Shown one piece after another: positions 1-14,120 of a DNA stretch of 64,000 nt (position 1 is the stretch's first letter; each line of letters opens with the position of its first letter). Below the pieces are notes generated by a model that saw nothing but the letters and a program-made list of their open reading frames with translations, was not told the DNA's origin and ran no database searches. The position numbers and the translations under genes are program-made. Origin of the DNA: Squalus acanthias (Eukaryota); the NCBI GenBank assembly GCA_030390025.1, contig CM059432.1, positions 104,968,001 to 105,032,000 of the forward strand. Direction: 5' to 3'.

Positions 1-1649
1 GTCTTGTTGGGTGAGCATTACAGAGGAGCTCACTGAAAACACTGATTGAGCCTAGGCAGCTTAAGTAAATACTATACTGACAAGAGAACTCGGAGGGCCA
101 GTATTCTTTTTTAAACATCTGGAAGGGATACTGGTTCATTCCAGCTCCATGCTTACAAGTTTTTTTTATGGTCTAGAAGCACGAGGCAGAGGTAACTGAT
201 TTATGGAGTTTCTAAAACTTACAATCTCCTAAATGGGCAGTGATTGAAATTTAGCTTAGTGTACCTACTTGCATTTGAAAGTCAAATTCTCATACACTCA
301 AAACTAAAAAGTTGATTTGACACAGCATAAGCAAATTTGCTTTAAAACATTTACAAAAAGGTAACCAAACACTGCCTTTTCATTTGTTTTCGGAAGTGTA
401 TCAATGATCAGTGCTACAAGGAAGACTTTGATTCTTCACTACAAAACATCTTGTACCCTGTCAGCTTGCATTAAAAAATTGCAATGACTTAGAATCTTTA
501 GAAAAACATGAATGTTTCAGACAACCCTTTCACCGGCCAGTTGTGATACAGAAGCTATTGGCAAGGCACTAAATTCTAGTTGCTGCACAGTTCACTTTCT
601 CAAGTCTAAATTTCTTGTTTGCTAATTGTTTTAGGTTTTGGATAAAATTTACACTAAGTTACAACTTGTTTAGCTCAGTGCTAGGAAATGTTGCTGTTAC
701 ACTATTCAAATTTGCTAAATTTAAACGTTTTGTACTGCATCATTTTTGACTAATGTAAAAAGAAAATCCATCTTTAAATTAAATGAAAGTCAATCAGTAG
801 ATAAGGCCATGAAACAGAAATACGAGTCAACACCATCTCTCCAGTTGTTCAGACCTAAATAGGGTTTATACTTGTGAAAGGATTAACAGTTAACGTACTG
901 CCAGAAGAAAATAGACTTTAAAATGCACACGATGATAGGAATCTCAATGGGAAACTAATACAAGACGAGACATACTGCTAACCTTAGAAGGTGCAAATCT
1001 TCCTATGTATAATTCTGTACTTAGTGAACCTTCTATCAGTAACGTGACAGCTTCTCTGTCAACTTGTAAAAAAAAATTCTTTGACACACCACTGAATTAG
1101 CTTCAATACCAGTGGCACAAGATCAAAAAAAAAACATCGACCGTAATAGTCCGACCAACCTTCACCACGTCTACGAACTAAACACAGACTCAATGCTACT
1201 AATAACTCTTGGATTCTAACCAGTATCTGACTGTGAGGAAGTCAGCAAATAAAACATCACACCACCTAGACACTAGAATTGTGACGCCTTACACACTAAG
1301 AGGTAGAGAACAGCTAATTTCATCAGACACCCAAAACAGCACGTCCAACGCTTACAGTGGTATCACAGACCACTGTACTTCGATAACTTGGTAAGCTACA
1401 AAGATGTATCTGTGACCCATTCTGTGAATGTGTGAAGCAGATGGGATTACTTTTTTTTTAAATGACAATCAAAAGTGAAAATCGAATGCATCTGAACGTA
1501 ATTTAGTTCTGTAAGAATGACAGCCCTAGTCTGCCCCAATAGGGAAATTTTCTCACTTCTTCCACAACTTTCTCCCATACGCTCCTTAAAGTAATGACTC
1601 TTGCGGACTCTACAAAATATGCTAGCAGCCCTGTGATAACTCATTAAGT

Positions 1650-1960
1650 AGCCAGTCCAGACGGAGAGTATCGACAGGCTATTTCCTCATGGTGGGGGAG
1701 CAACTGGGCATCACAGCAGGACTCGAGCTTACCACCCCAATATCCATACGTGCCTAATTTCCATTAAGAGCCACTGGACAATGATCAGGAATAGAATCAC
1801 TGGACAATTGTTCCGCCCACCCAAGGTGGCAAGACCATTTAAGTACCACCATACCAGCGGAGCTCAGCTAACTCAGCACAGATCAGGAATTGAACCTGGG
1901 ACCTTCCTGGTCTGAAAAGGCAAGTGTGACATCTGGCAGAGCATTTATCCACTGAGTCAA
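1650..1960 (-). mobile_element. tRNA-derived SINE, degenerate
   Basis: Minus strand shows A-box-like (tgactcagtgg) and B-box-like (ggttcaattcc) motifs followed by gtctgtgctgagttagc. Related pieces at about 3500-3810, 6780-6870 (+), 8700-9100, 29460-29870, 42700-42900 (+) and 44310-44430. Confidence 0.6.
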
Positions 1961-2009
1961 CATGGGCGCTAGTTACAGGATTTCATCCTGGAGCGAGCAC
2001 TACCATAAA

Positions 2010-2385
2010 CATTCATTCCCTCCACCACCGGCGCACCGTGGCTGCAGCGTGTACCAAAATGCACTGCAGCAACTCGCCAAGGCTTCTTCGACAGCACCTC
2101 CCAAACCCATGACCTCAACTACCTAGAAGGACAAGGGCAGCAGGCGCATGGGAAAACAACCACTTCGAAGTCGCACACCACCCTGATTTGGACATATATC
2201 GTTGTTCTTTCATTGTCGCCGGGTCAGAATCCTGGAACTCCCTACCTAACAGCACTGTGGGAGTACCTTCACCACACGGACTGCAGCGGTTCAAGAAAGG
2301 GGCTCACCACCACTTTCTCAAGGGTAACTAGGGATGGGCAATAAATGCTGGCCTTGCCAGCGACGCCCACATCCCGTGAATACAT
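2010..2385 (+). mobile_element. LINE 3' end (CR1/L2 group, distinct family)
   Basis: Ends ggatgggcaataaatgctggccttgccagcgacgcccacatccc. The same terminus occurs inverted at about 58110-58212. Confidence 0.7.
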
Positions 2386-2609
2386 TTTTAAAAGATACCA
2401 CTCTGGAATAAAATGAGCAATGCAAACCATGCTGATGTAAAATGCACCATTACAGGTACCCAAGCAAAATGTTGCTGTGCAAATTCACAATGTAATTTTT
2501 CCTTGAAGTTCTGCAAGCTTTGCTCCTCTCTCCAACTGCCAACAGTGCAAGCAGGACTTGAAACAAAAAGCACCATTACACCAGGCAAATAATGTAAATA
2601 TACTTTTAG

Positions 2610-2925
2610 CAAGAATCATAGAATTTCACAAAACAGAAGGAGGCCATTCGGCCCGACTTAGTCCCATTCCCCTGCCCATTTCCCATATTTTTTTTTTTTT
2701 TTTTAAATTTGTTTTCCAATATTTATCCACCTTTTAAAAATTGTTATGGGTTCTGCTTCCACCAGTTTCTGGTAGGGTGCTTCATGTTCCAGCAACCTTT
2801 TTGTGCAAAAAAACAAAAAAAAGACTTGCATTTATATAGCGCCTTTCATGACCACCGGACGTCTCAAAGCGCTTTACAGCCAATGAAGTACTTTTGGAGT
2901 GGAGTCACTGTTGTAATGTGGGAAA
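2610..2925 (-). mobile_element. Degenerate CR1 3' end followed by a SINE/L2-type tail
   Basis: catagaa...agaaggaggccattcggccc CR1 terminus, then aaagacttgcatttatatagcgcc tail shared with 7135 and 29030. Confidence 0.6.
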
Positions 2926-3289
2926 TCCCATACCCCTCTGTTAATTCCTTTGGTGATGATCTTAATTTTAGTAGCTATAGGTAGAAGAAGCTGTACCTGA
3001 AGTAAACATACAAAAATAATTTTTCTCCTCAAAACTGAGTCAATTCACATTTGCATCGATTATACAACTAAGTTTATAGGTCCCCCCCCCCCCCCCCCAT
3101 ACCATCTCGCAAAAAAATACATAGGTTCATGGGAATGTTAGGGAAACTCACTCAAATGGAAATAGTTTCACCTACAAATTATTGTATGATCATCCAAAAC
3201 TGCTGCTTTACAACTCCCCCCCCCAAATTCTTGTACACCCTCTCCCCTTCGCCCAACTATTGGCGACCATTCCCTCAGCTGCCCAGGCC

Positions 3290-3495
3290 CCACACTCTGG
3301 AATTTCCGACCTAAACCACGCCACCTCCCTCTCCTCCTTTAAGACACTCCTTAAAAGCCACCTCTCTGACCAAGCTTTTTGTTACCCCTCCTAATCTCAT
3401 TCTTTGGCTCAGAGTACAATTTCCTCACACTTGCAAAGCACTGTGGGATATTTTTCCTACATTAAAGATGCTATTTAAATACAAGCTGTTGTTGT
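3290..3495 (+). mobile_element. L2 LINE 3' end
   Basis: ctctggaa...tcctttaagacactccttaaaagccacctctctgaccaagc, ending in a tgttgttgt tail. Other L2 remnants at about 4470-4710 (+) and 16630-17025 (-). Confidence 0.65.
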
Positions 3496-3847
3496 CCTAT
3501 TACTTTCTTTCCCCTGCTTATGTTCTCCATTCCTCTCCCGAGCTAGACAACTCCTTGCTGGCGCATGCTTCAACGGTTACCAATTCACCTCTGGTACATC
3601 AATAAGCTGCCATTATTCAAGTGTGAGCCACTGAGTGTTGGCAAGCTATTCAATTGCATGGGGCCATTAAAGTCCGAGTCAGAAGCTAAACCGTGTCCTT
3701 CCAGGACAACCATACGTGTGCACCACCAGCAGACATTGCTGGATAGTGCCCAGGAGCACAAAATGGCCAACTGTAATGCCTCATTGCTGCCACAGACTAA
3801 ATAATCTAATTTAATAGATGGTGGCAACAAACTAGGGTCTTCTTAAT

Positions 3848-3932
3848 AACAGAAAACGCTGGAAAAACTCAGCAGGCCAGGCAGCATCCGTGGAGAGAGA
3901 AAGAGAGTTAACGTTTCAGGTCGATGACCTTT
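3848..3932 (-). mobile_element. Solo 3'-terminal fragment of the Penelope-like element
   Basis: About 85 bp, essentially identical by eye to 35739-35823. Confidence 0.9.
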
Positions 3933-5006
3933 ATCTGTATGAATTTGCTACTTATTGGATAAACCCACAACCACCAGGGGAAGCATAATTCCTTTTAATT
4001 AGTCCAGTTAAAGGTTGAAATGATGCATTAAGAGATCTCGCCTCAGCTAGATGTACCTTTCTCCTCTCAGATGGCCAGAGTGAAGCTATTAAACTCACAC
4101 CTTGATATCTTCACATATTAGTGAAGGCTTGCTTTTGAAATTGAGTCTCCCATAGGATGACCCAATGTTTCGGTGTTGTATCTGCGATGCTGCCTATCCA
4201 TTTAAGCCAAATACATAGTTCCAGAGGTGCAAATTTGGATTCTGATCACAGAATGGTTGCATTTTGAGTAAACACATGAGAAAATAAAACTTTGTACAAC
4301 TTTTCATTTGTTGGAAACTGACAATTCTTTATAAACATTTGAGTTACATAAACTCAACAAACATACAACTTTCACTTTTTGAGTAAGAAAATGTACAAAA
4401 TTTCACTTGTAGTCAATTCCAAAAAAGGGCTTCTTCTAATTGAACTCCACGTCAGATCAACAAGAGTGCCTATTTCAACCTCTAATATTGCTTGCCTTCA
4501 CCATCACCTCAGCACACCGTTGCTCAAATTCTCATCCACAGTCATCGTTGTCATGTTCCATTTCTCCAACGGTCTCACTGGTTCCCCAAATGTCATCTTG
4601 CATGAAGCCCAACTACTTCCAAACTTTACCGCCCATATCTCATCCATCACGGATAATGGCTATGAAGCATTTGAGAGAATGAGAGAGGGTGCCATATAAA
4701 TGTACTTTCTTTACCTTTCGCTCCTCTCCTTTCAAACTTCCAGCGGCCCCCTCCCCACCGTCAGTGCATCAATTTCAAAATTATCATTTAAAAAATTCTT
4801 AATGGGCTTGCATGAAGTACATTTCAGAAGACATACAAAATCAAGTATCTTGTTTGAGATTTGTAAGTAGCACAATCTAAAATCTTACCAGACCACCCAG
4901 ATATACTCTATGCATTGACCAAAAACTTTATAGCTCAGTGTATTAACAGGACAGATGATAATGAATACAGATTATAGAAACTACATCATACTTGCTAATG
5001 GTCAAT

Positions 5007-5480
5007 TAGAGTCACAGAGTTATACAGCACAGAAAGAGGCCCTTCGGCGTATCGTGCCCGTGCCGGCCATCAAGCCGTCTATTCTAATCCCATTTACCAG
5101 CACTTGGTCCGTAGCCTTGTATGCTATGGCGTTTCAAGTGCTCATCTAAATGCTTCTTGAATGTTGAGGGTTCCTGCTTCTACCGCCCTTTCAGGCAGAG
5201 TGTTCCAGATTCCAACCACCCTCTGGGTGAAAAAGTTTTTCCTCAAATCCCCTCTAAACCTCACCTTGAAACTATGCCCCCTGGTTATTGAACCCTCTAC
5301 TAAGGGGAAAAGTTCCTTTCTATCTACCCTATCTATGCCCCTCAATTTTGTACACCTCAATCAGGTCCCCCCTCAGCCTTCTCTGCTCTAAGGAAAACAA
5401 CCCCAGCCTGTCCAGTCTCTCTTCATAGCTGAAGCGCTCCAGCCCAGGTAACATCCTGGTGAATCTCCTCTGCACCCTTT
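5007..5480 (-). mobile_element. CR1 LINE 3' fragment
   Basis: ORF2 C-terminus TRGH...FFTQRVVGIWNTLP and a tagagtcacagagt tail. Confidence 0.9.
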
Positions 5481-6039
5481 GATAGTTGAACTGTCAAATG
5501 ATCGTGGTGTGATATAAATCAGGCTGTACAGTAGGTGCACACACACTGCAATGTACTACTCAGTAATCTGATTTGCAAAGGAAGTGTAAAGGAAGGAAAT
5601 GTCACACATCCTTTATTATACACTGGGTAAAAGAACATCTCTATATGGTTTAGTCAGTATATAGCTCAGCACTTTTAAAAGTTGCAAGAGCTATGCATTC
5701 TATGATTCAAATTTTATATTAATTTACTGTACTTACAAAGCACCTACCTGCTGCTCATCCTCCCACAATAGTGTGACTGGAAATCTAAAACCCCTTCAAA
5801 CAGCTTGAATGACCAGAGTTACATTTTTTTTATTAAGTAAAAATATCTGGACTCTGGACAAAATTGCAGTTTTGAAGAGGTCATTGCAACAAGTTTCTAA
5901 GACCTTGTTTTGATTCACACATTAATTAAAGCTGTTGGGACCCTCTCATCATGTTGATTGCATTGAAGTTATTAAAATATTAAATCAGACACAAACTGCT
6001 TATCCACAGCAGCCCATTTTTCTGCAATAAACGGACAAT

Positions 6040-6689
6040 GGGCTGGATTTTGATACTGGGGCGGGTTGGGGTCGTGTCATCCACTTTTCGTGTTATCCGC
6101 CCGACTGCAATTGGATGTGGGAGATTGATGCAATTTTCACTTAATTGGGCAATTGAGTTCCAGCATGTGGGAACCCATGACCCAATTAGTGTTTTCAGTC
6201 TGAAAGCCGCCTCTGATGATGTCATCACTGCTGCTGCATTGAAGGTCTTCAAACACTGCCTGGCCTTTGCTGAGAGGGGACCTGGATGCAAAATGAGCAG
6301 CAGCAGCCCCAAGTCTGTTCCCAGATATTTTTACACCACCACTCCCAGATATGTCTCCTCCACATAGCCATCCATATATGCATCCCCATAGCCAGCCATC
6401 CAATGTGCTCCCGCCAGGTTTCACATTCGTGGTTCAGAACAGGCGTGCTTCACGTAGAAAAAGGGTTAAAATCACAAAGGCCTTTCAAAATGGCATTATA
6501 GAGGCAATTTAGTGCTTGTTAAGGGCCTTAACAGCCTATCCCGCCTCTTAGAGGCAGGACCAGCAAACACGATTTAATGAAAATTGCGTGGAGGCGGGAT
6601 GGAGCCGGGCTTGTACCCGCCCACTTTCGCAATTTTAACCCCCCACACGCCTCCAAACCCACCTCCATGGGTCAATGAAAATCCAGCCC
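6040..6689. mobile_element. PIF/Harbinger-type MITE (copy A)
   Basis: TIR gggctggatttt...aaaatccagccc, flanks aat/aaa. Highly similar to 52397-53094. Confidence 0.8.
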
Positions 6690-6894
6690 AAAATGTGTAC
6701 TGGCAGACACTGGAGGACTTGGGCTGGGACTGGAGGACTTGGGCTCGGGCAGGGGTAAAAAGAGAAATCAAAAACCCTTCTGTGGCTCCCTGACAGCTTA
6801 CCAAATTTATGCAGACCAGCAAGGTCCCGGGTCCATTCCCCAGTCTGTGCTGAGTTAGCCGATATAGGAGCGCTATAACTGCCCAGCGTCCTTG

Positions 6895-7330
6895 AAAGAA
6901 AGAAAATGTTTGCATTTATGAGCACTTATCACATCATCTCAAAGTGGTTCACACAATTAGTTACTTGTGGAATGTGAATGTAGCATCTGTTTTATGCAGG
7001 AATGTTCCACAAACAGCAATAGGATGAATGACCAGTTAATCTCTTTTTCGTGGCGATTTGGGAGAGATGTTCGTAAAAGTACCAGAACACTCTACTCTTT
7101 TTTAACTAGTGCCATGGGCTCTTTTATAGAGGAAAAGAAAGAATTGCATTTTTATAGCACTTTTCACAACCTCTGGACATCCCAAAATGCTTCACAGACA
7201 ATGTAGAACTGTTTAAAACGTAGTTGCTGTTACAATGTAGGGAAAACATGACCACCAATTTGCGCAGCACCATGTCCCATACACAGCAATGAGATAAATG
7301 ACCAGATAACCTGTTGTCGGTGGTGTTGGA
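6895..7330 (-). mobile_element. Two adjacent truncated Deu-type SINE 3' fragments
   Basis: Two successive ttgcattt... tails with the acagcaatgag...tgaccag body shared with 11566 and 29030. Confidence 0.6.
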
Positions 7331-10300
7331 TGTGCCCCTGGCTTTGAATTGCCCCGGTCATCTTCGCTCTTCTCCCCCCCTCCTTCCCCCAAAGCTGCAC
7401 CTTGCTACAGCAATGATTGTGGCCCCTGCTCCCAATATGACTACCTCCAGCACGGATACCACGGGCCATCCTCCTGCCCCACTAGCCTCAGCTCATGGTG
7501 TGGTGACCCCTCCTCCAGGTAATTCTTAAGAAATATAAATGTAAAAAGCATACATTTTAGATAAAATATATAAAAAATTAAATTGAAATAAGATGTATAT
7601 TAATGCTGATTTTCCTTTCCTTCCAAGCCTCTTGCCCTCTAACTCCACTCCACCCCACTCGGTCTTCCCTTTGGGTCCCACATTGCTCTAACTCCTCGTA
7701 TAACTTCTAGGTTTCTATATCACAGTTCTCGGTCACCTCCAGTCCAATTATTCCTCACTCTGTATGCTGGGGTTGCCAACCCTCCAGGACCCTCCCAGAA
7801 TGGATGACCGATCTCCTGGGCACTGTTGCCTGCGACCCGGGAGAAAAGTACTTGAAATTTCCAGTTGTTCATTTGGATTTCCAAGTGCATGTTTATTAGA
7901 ATGTGGTTTTAGTGATGTGGTGTTTGTTAGTTTTTGGAATCCAGGTTTTACGTGTATAGTGAAGTAGTTCCCACGGTCCACATGGTCCAGGGGTCCAGCC
8001 ACAAGTTCTGTGTACAAACAGTAGCTTTTGCTAAATGACAGGTACTGTTTCTACAAACTTGAGCTACAAAGACAACTTACAAACTAAGTGCACCTGCTGC
8101 ATTTTTGAAAACAGAAACTGCAGTTAAATGAAGGGATGAAGATCTTCAAAAGTCAGTCTAGAAAGTATGATTTTATAAGCTCCTTCACATATCCTTACTC
8201 TTTCACATTACACAATGCTGAGCCAGAGCTTATGTACATGTGTACGAGAAATAGACATTGCCAAGCACAGTATTCATAACCTCAGTCAACTGCATACAAT
8301 TCGCAATGTACAACGAGGTACCACATGCCTATCAACTAGAAACCTTATTCTACTGGATGAAGATCAACTAAAAACTTTGTTGCTTTCTGTACAGGAGTTG
8401 AAGGGGACAATTTCTGGTTGAGATGTTTACACAAGCTACCCATATTAAACTGGAATTGATACTTTGGAATAGTATTTTCACCTGTGTAACTAGGTAACCA
8501 AAACTGATAATGAAGAGTCTGGTATCTATTGTGAGGATGAATGAAAGACAACAGAAAAATGTCTGTAATTTGCTTAAATTGTGTATAAGCAAGCAGGTCT
8601 CAAAGAAATCACTTCAGGTCACTTTGCAAAGAATCCCACATATACTATCCTCTGTAGACTAAATGCATATGGTAATATAAAAATAGGGTATTGCTATGTT
8701 TCCTTCCTCTGTTCTTCCCTTCTCTTCTGAAGGCACTGACATTTGCTAAGGTACAGTTCCACAAACATCAACAGCCCTCCGGTACTTTGCCCATACTTTC
8801 ATTTTACTTTACTTCAATAACATGAGCCTGGAGTGAGCATCAGATATCTTTACAACTGTGGAGCAGTAGAACAGCTGATCCTAATCCGGTCCTCACCCAA
8901 CTCTCGCAACACACTTTGCAGCAGGGATAGCAATCAACAACAGGAACTTTACCTGATTTTTCTCCTCCTTGGCACTGAGGCCAATCATAACATGCAAGAT
9001 CAGCTGACTCGGCACGACCTGCCTAACCCAATCCAGCCTGGGACCTTCTAGTTTATATAGATTATCCCCACACAACCTGGTGCATTTACTCAGAGTCATC
9101 AGTCTGCATTACTGGTTGCCAAGACCCGACAGGTCTGCCAAATTACTGAAATCCTATTCTGTACAATCATATAAACAGAAGATAGTTACTAAAATAATTT
9201 GAAGCGCAAAGTAACAAATAAATTCTCAATACTGGAGGTCACTTAGCCACTACAATTCCACACATCATAGGCATTAAACAGGAAACTCTACACACCTTGC
9301 TTTAATGTACCATATGGCTCCCTCACAATTTCCTTAAATAAGACAGGACATCCCCTTAGTTTCCTCTTCCCCTGGGAAAACATGTTTATTTTTAGACGCA
9401 GCTTAACTATTGTTTGTGGAGGGCTAGAGAACAGCAGAATGTCAATAACATAACTAATGTAGAGATAAACTAAGGTATGATATTGGGCAACTAAAACACA
9501 TAGGCCAAAATGTTTGAAGATTGCAACAGTGCCTTTTTTTCCCCCGAAGACATTTATATGTTGGGGGGGGGGGGGGGGGGGGGGGGGAAGAGAGGTTGAG
9601 TAATTATGTTCCTCAAAATACTTTAAAAAATGGAATACCTCCCTGCTTCCTGCACGGTCGATATCAATTCAGTTGCAGCAGATATTTTCCCCTTCTACCA
9701 GACCTACCCTTGTGGCCTCCAAACAAGACTCAGAATTTATCAGTTATTGACGATTCAATGCTGTCCATTTGCACCCATTAAGAACTTCAACTAAACTTTG
9801 AGAAATCACCGAGACTCCCTGAGCCATGCCTGTCAAGGGTACTTCAGGCAATCAACAGGTTTGTTGGGAGATTTTGCAAAAGGCCATATCATGCTTTTAA
9901 GAGAGACATCTTAAACATTTAGAGAGGTCATGTATCACTGTAAAATGTCTAACTGCGCTCCATAGTGCATTTGAAATTTGACAGTTTGGAAAAAATATAC
10001 AGAGGCATTCTAAATGTAATTTAAAAAAAACCTCTACCCGACACAGGGACAGCAGCAGAAAGTAGCTGCTGTCAACAAGCCAAACAAATTGAAGGTTCTA
10101 GCTGAGGTGGGGGAGGGGGAAAAGGGTGCTGCACTTTTGTATTGGACTGTAAAGGGAAAGGTTAAGTTAGCAATATCAAGATTTCATGGAATCTAGAGTC
10201 TCAAAATGACAGCTCTAGGGTGTCTCTCTCTTTCATCGCGCCACCCCACACCCCGGCAATCTGAACCAACTCCTATGGTACATGAAAATATGAAAAAGGA

Positions 10301-11565
10301 GGAATCTCCCTGACTGCATTTTGAGAATGACATTCTATGAAACAATTCAAACATGGAGAACACAATTTGCAAGTTTATCAAAGCAAGGAGAAATGTGGCA
10401 ACCAATCTTTAGTTGAAGCTTTAGTAAAATGCAATACAGAATTGGGCTGTAAATGCCAGCAGCAGCCAGCACTTCTCCTCTGGAAACAGGGAGAGAGGGT
10501 GGGCCACCAATGTGTGAGGTGGGATTCTGTACCACTAGTTTTCTTTTTCAAAAGCTTGCACTGAGCAAGTGTTCACTTCTTACAACCCAACTGAGTTAAA
10601 TGAGGATGCAGTGAGTGAGAACTACATTAACCTGTAAGGAATAATCTCAAGCTTCAATACATCAAAATGGAAATAGATGATGGGATTATTAGTTTTTGAA
10701 AATGAATACTTACTGCATAATGGAGAATTCAGAGAGATGTCACTCGTACCCTAATAAGACAACGCACATGCCTCCAGACGCACACAATGCCACCTCACAA
10801 GGTGGCCTCCTTACATGTCTCTGAAGGTGTTGGTATTTTGTTCTGGCCATGAATAGGCTTGTTTGCACTGCCCACCTGTACAAATCTCCAATGTGATATT
10901 CACATTACTGACCTTACCTTAACATCAGGGCAGATGTGTGGTCAGTAATATAATGCTGCAAATGCAGCTTCGAAACAACTGCACATACTTCAATGTTCTC
11001 GACAATGCTATGAACCTGTCCAACATAAATGAGGAAATTCAGTAGAAAGTAGAACCATTTCCACTGGCTGTAGACCCAGTTTATAAATTGGGATATCAGA
11101 TTTCAGCCCTTGTTGATGAGGACTGCAAATGACTCATTAGCAAATGACTGACAGTGATTTACATGGCAAATGTGCAGCACATTCAAATGTAAGTGTTGTC
11201 CTTCCTGAGAAGCCTTTAAAGTATAGCAGCAAATAAAACACATTGTTTCTTTGAGGATGAATCTGAACAGAACCCAACTCCACATACATTCGTCACCTGT
11301 CCTCTCACCAAGATTTTGAGGAATTTTTAATGGCGACTTCTGCCATCCAGAGGGATACAGTTAGTAAAACTTTCCAGCTTTCCTCTAAAATATTGGTAGA
11401 AAATAAAGAGTCTATTTTTCTATCAGTATACAAGGAAATATATAAATGGAAATTAATTTACAGATATTTGCCATGATAAATCACGAATGAATTTTGCTGA
11501 ATAAAGGCAATCTTACTTCTGTAATATATTCCATCAATATATTCTAATTAAACTGCGCACAGCCA

Positions 11566-11860
11566 GGTCCTACAAACAGCAATGAGATACATGACCAGAT
11601 AATCTGATTTTTAGTGATGTTGGTTGAAGGATAAATATTGGCCAGGACACCAGGAGAACTCCCCTGCTCTTCTTCGAATAGTGGCATGGAATCTTTTACT
11701 ACCCGAGACCAGATGGAGCGCCTTGGTTTTACCTCTCACCCGAAAGACGGCACCTTCGACAGTGCAGCAATCCCTCAGTAATTAAACCTGGATTGCGTGT
11801 TGGAGTCTCTGGAGTGGGACCTGAATCCGTGACCTTCTAACTCAGAATACCAGTTACCAC
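11566..11860 (-). mobile_element. DeuSINE (SacSINE1-like)
   Basis: Deu-domain-like ccgaaagacggcacc.cgacagtgcagca.tccctcagta plus a tRNA-like head. Confidence 0.7.
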
Positions 11861-13730
11861 GGAGCGCATTTAGCTGGCTGGCTCTCCTTATTGGTTCCCT
11901 CTATGTGATAACCAGCTAAATATTGAATTTTAAGGGATCAGTTATTGGTAACCTTAGCACAGTCACCAAAGGCAACATACACATGTACACCAAGTGCATG
12001 CACCAAAGTCAACCTGATAAGACTTTGCTTGTTATAATTTTCTTATTTGTCAGCTTCACTGGGAAAAACAGAGTTTTGCATATTTTCCACAAATTCAAAC
12101 AAAATTAATTAGTTGCTTCAATGCCAATGCATCTGTGAACAGCAGTGATCAGATTAGCTTACATTACTTTTGACAGCATGTGTGTCCGATATTCAGTTCA
12201 GAACATTGTTTTACAGCATTAAATACCAGAGGGAAAAGTTCTACTGGGCTACTATTTATGCAGTTAGTACCAATATTTGTTCACATGGTTATTTTCTGCC
12301 CAACGTACAAAGTTATTGCTGAAGAATGGAACCAGTCTTCCATTTTGGGATATCCACTATTAGCATAAGAAATCGTTTGCTGCAATATTTGTTGCTGCGG
12401 TGTTTGGTAGCTAATTTCAGCTAAGTACTTCAACATAAATTTCTACCCTCCTCTATATTGTATATTTAAACCAGAAACAAAATATAAAATTAATAGTATA
12501 GATGTTAGAAAAACCTAGATTGGCAACTTGGCAAAGACTTTGTAGTTGCTCTGAATCCACAGACTCTAGACAGTACTCTACCATTTGTTTTGTCCTATGC
12601 TTCTGGGCTGTACACTCAGGAGCTAGCGGAGATAAACCACAGACACTGATGAAACAGTACAAGGCAGTAGGAGATGTGCCAGAACTGCACCCAGGGCCTT
12701 AATAGAACGTGAATATTATCTGGCAATTAGACTACGATTTCAATACCTTATCTTTAAATTCTCCATAAAATGTTGGGTTATCTGCATTTATTGTCAGAGT
12801 TCATAAATGTTATCTACAGTTTATAATGTTTTGTTAAATCTCTGTTTTATCTGAATTGAAATTAAAAGTGGTTTTATTTGAGGGCCAAATTAATTATTTT
12901 GAGGAGTGCTCAAAATAATCATAACTTTCAGCATACAAACTTTGTGGACGGCTACCAAGTTCGACAAATCAAAAATAACAAATTTGAGGACATTTTCCTT
13001 CAGACAGTACAGCTGGTAAAAATAACACTCCACGATAAAGGTGTTTCTCCCCCCACTTGGTTACTGTTTTCACATGAAACTGAAAAACTGGATCAAAGCA
13101 ACAGCTAATTCGGAGGTTTTCTTGCGACCATTGTCCCTTGTTGACAGTAAGCTGGAAGCCAGGATCACAGTTCTGAAAGTGCCAACAGCTCTCTGCCCTT
13201 GGAGAACAGCTCTTTAACTAAGGTCACCAAGTTGCCTTGACTACAATTACCAAAGCCTTGAAAAATGAAGTGGATTTCTGCATCCAGCTGCTAAACATGA
13301 CCAGGCTAGAGTATTGAGGCTGCTGACAAAGAGATACTTTTCATTAAAAAAGCTGCATTTTCATTTTCTTTCTATGCTCATGTCAGTAGGAATGAAAAAA
13401 TGCAAGCTACCCATTTTTAGCTATATTATATATATTATAGCCAAAAATGAGTAGCTTGCATATATAAAAAAATTTATATAGACAAGCTCAATTTCAACAT
13501 TGAGATTTGGGGAATACAAAACTAATTTTACATTATTAAATATGTATAAAATGAAATGGTTATTAAAAAAATCCATTCATAATTGCCAATCTATTACAGC
13601 CAGAGACATACCATTTATAAATTCAGGAGACTCATCTGAAGGTTATGGTTGTTCTACCCATCTCCTGGAAATTCCTGAAGTGTATTGAAAGAAATGGGGA
13701 GTATTTTTTATTCCAAGCACTGTTCCACCC

Positions 13731-13732
<2 letters not shown>

Positions 13733-13766
<34 letters not shown>
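13733..13766. repeat. (GA)n microsatellite
   Basis: Direct reading. Other simple repeats: poly-C about 3082-3098, poly-G about 9563-9587, (CA)n about 28152-28171, (GA)n about 52644-52668. Confidence 0.95.
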
Positions 13767-13769
<3 letters not shown>

Positions 13770-13994
13770 TAGAACACCACTACATGATGGAGTGCGAGTA
13801 GGGGAGCACAACAGCAGGAGAGGTTTTGTTTGACATTTTAGGCTTGAATAGACATAGGTTTCCCCCCCAAAAATAAACGTATGAAATAATACCAAGACTC
13901 AGTTAATTCTCATGGTTCTCCCTTTTTCTTTTAAAAAGAAAGAATACTCCAACAATAATTCTGGCCTACTCGTGTTCCTATGCTCCCCATCAAT

Positions 13995-14120
13995 CAGCTC
14001 CTTGAGCCTGCTCCACCATTCAATTAGATTATGGCTGATCGGTACCTCAACTCCATTTGCCTTTGTGCCATATCCCTTGATACCCTTACCTAACAAAAAT
14101 CTTATCGATCTCAGAATTGT
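13995..14120 (-). mobile_element. CR1 3' fragment
   Basis: Reads RFLLGKGIKGYG, and the 3' UTR matches the CR1 ends at 25500 and 49130. Confidence 0.75.

Noticed and set aside
1100..1440. Relatively CpG-rich stretch with short hairpins, considered as a possible ncRNA
   Set aside because: No convincing snoRNA, tRNA or ribozyme architecture; stems are only 6-9 bp.
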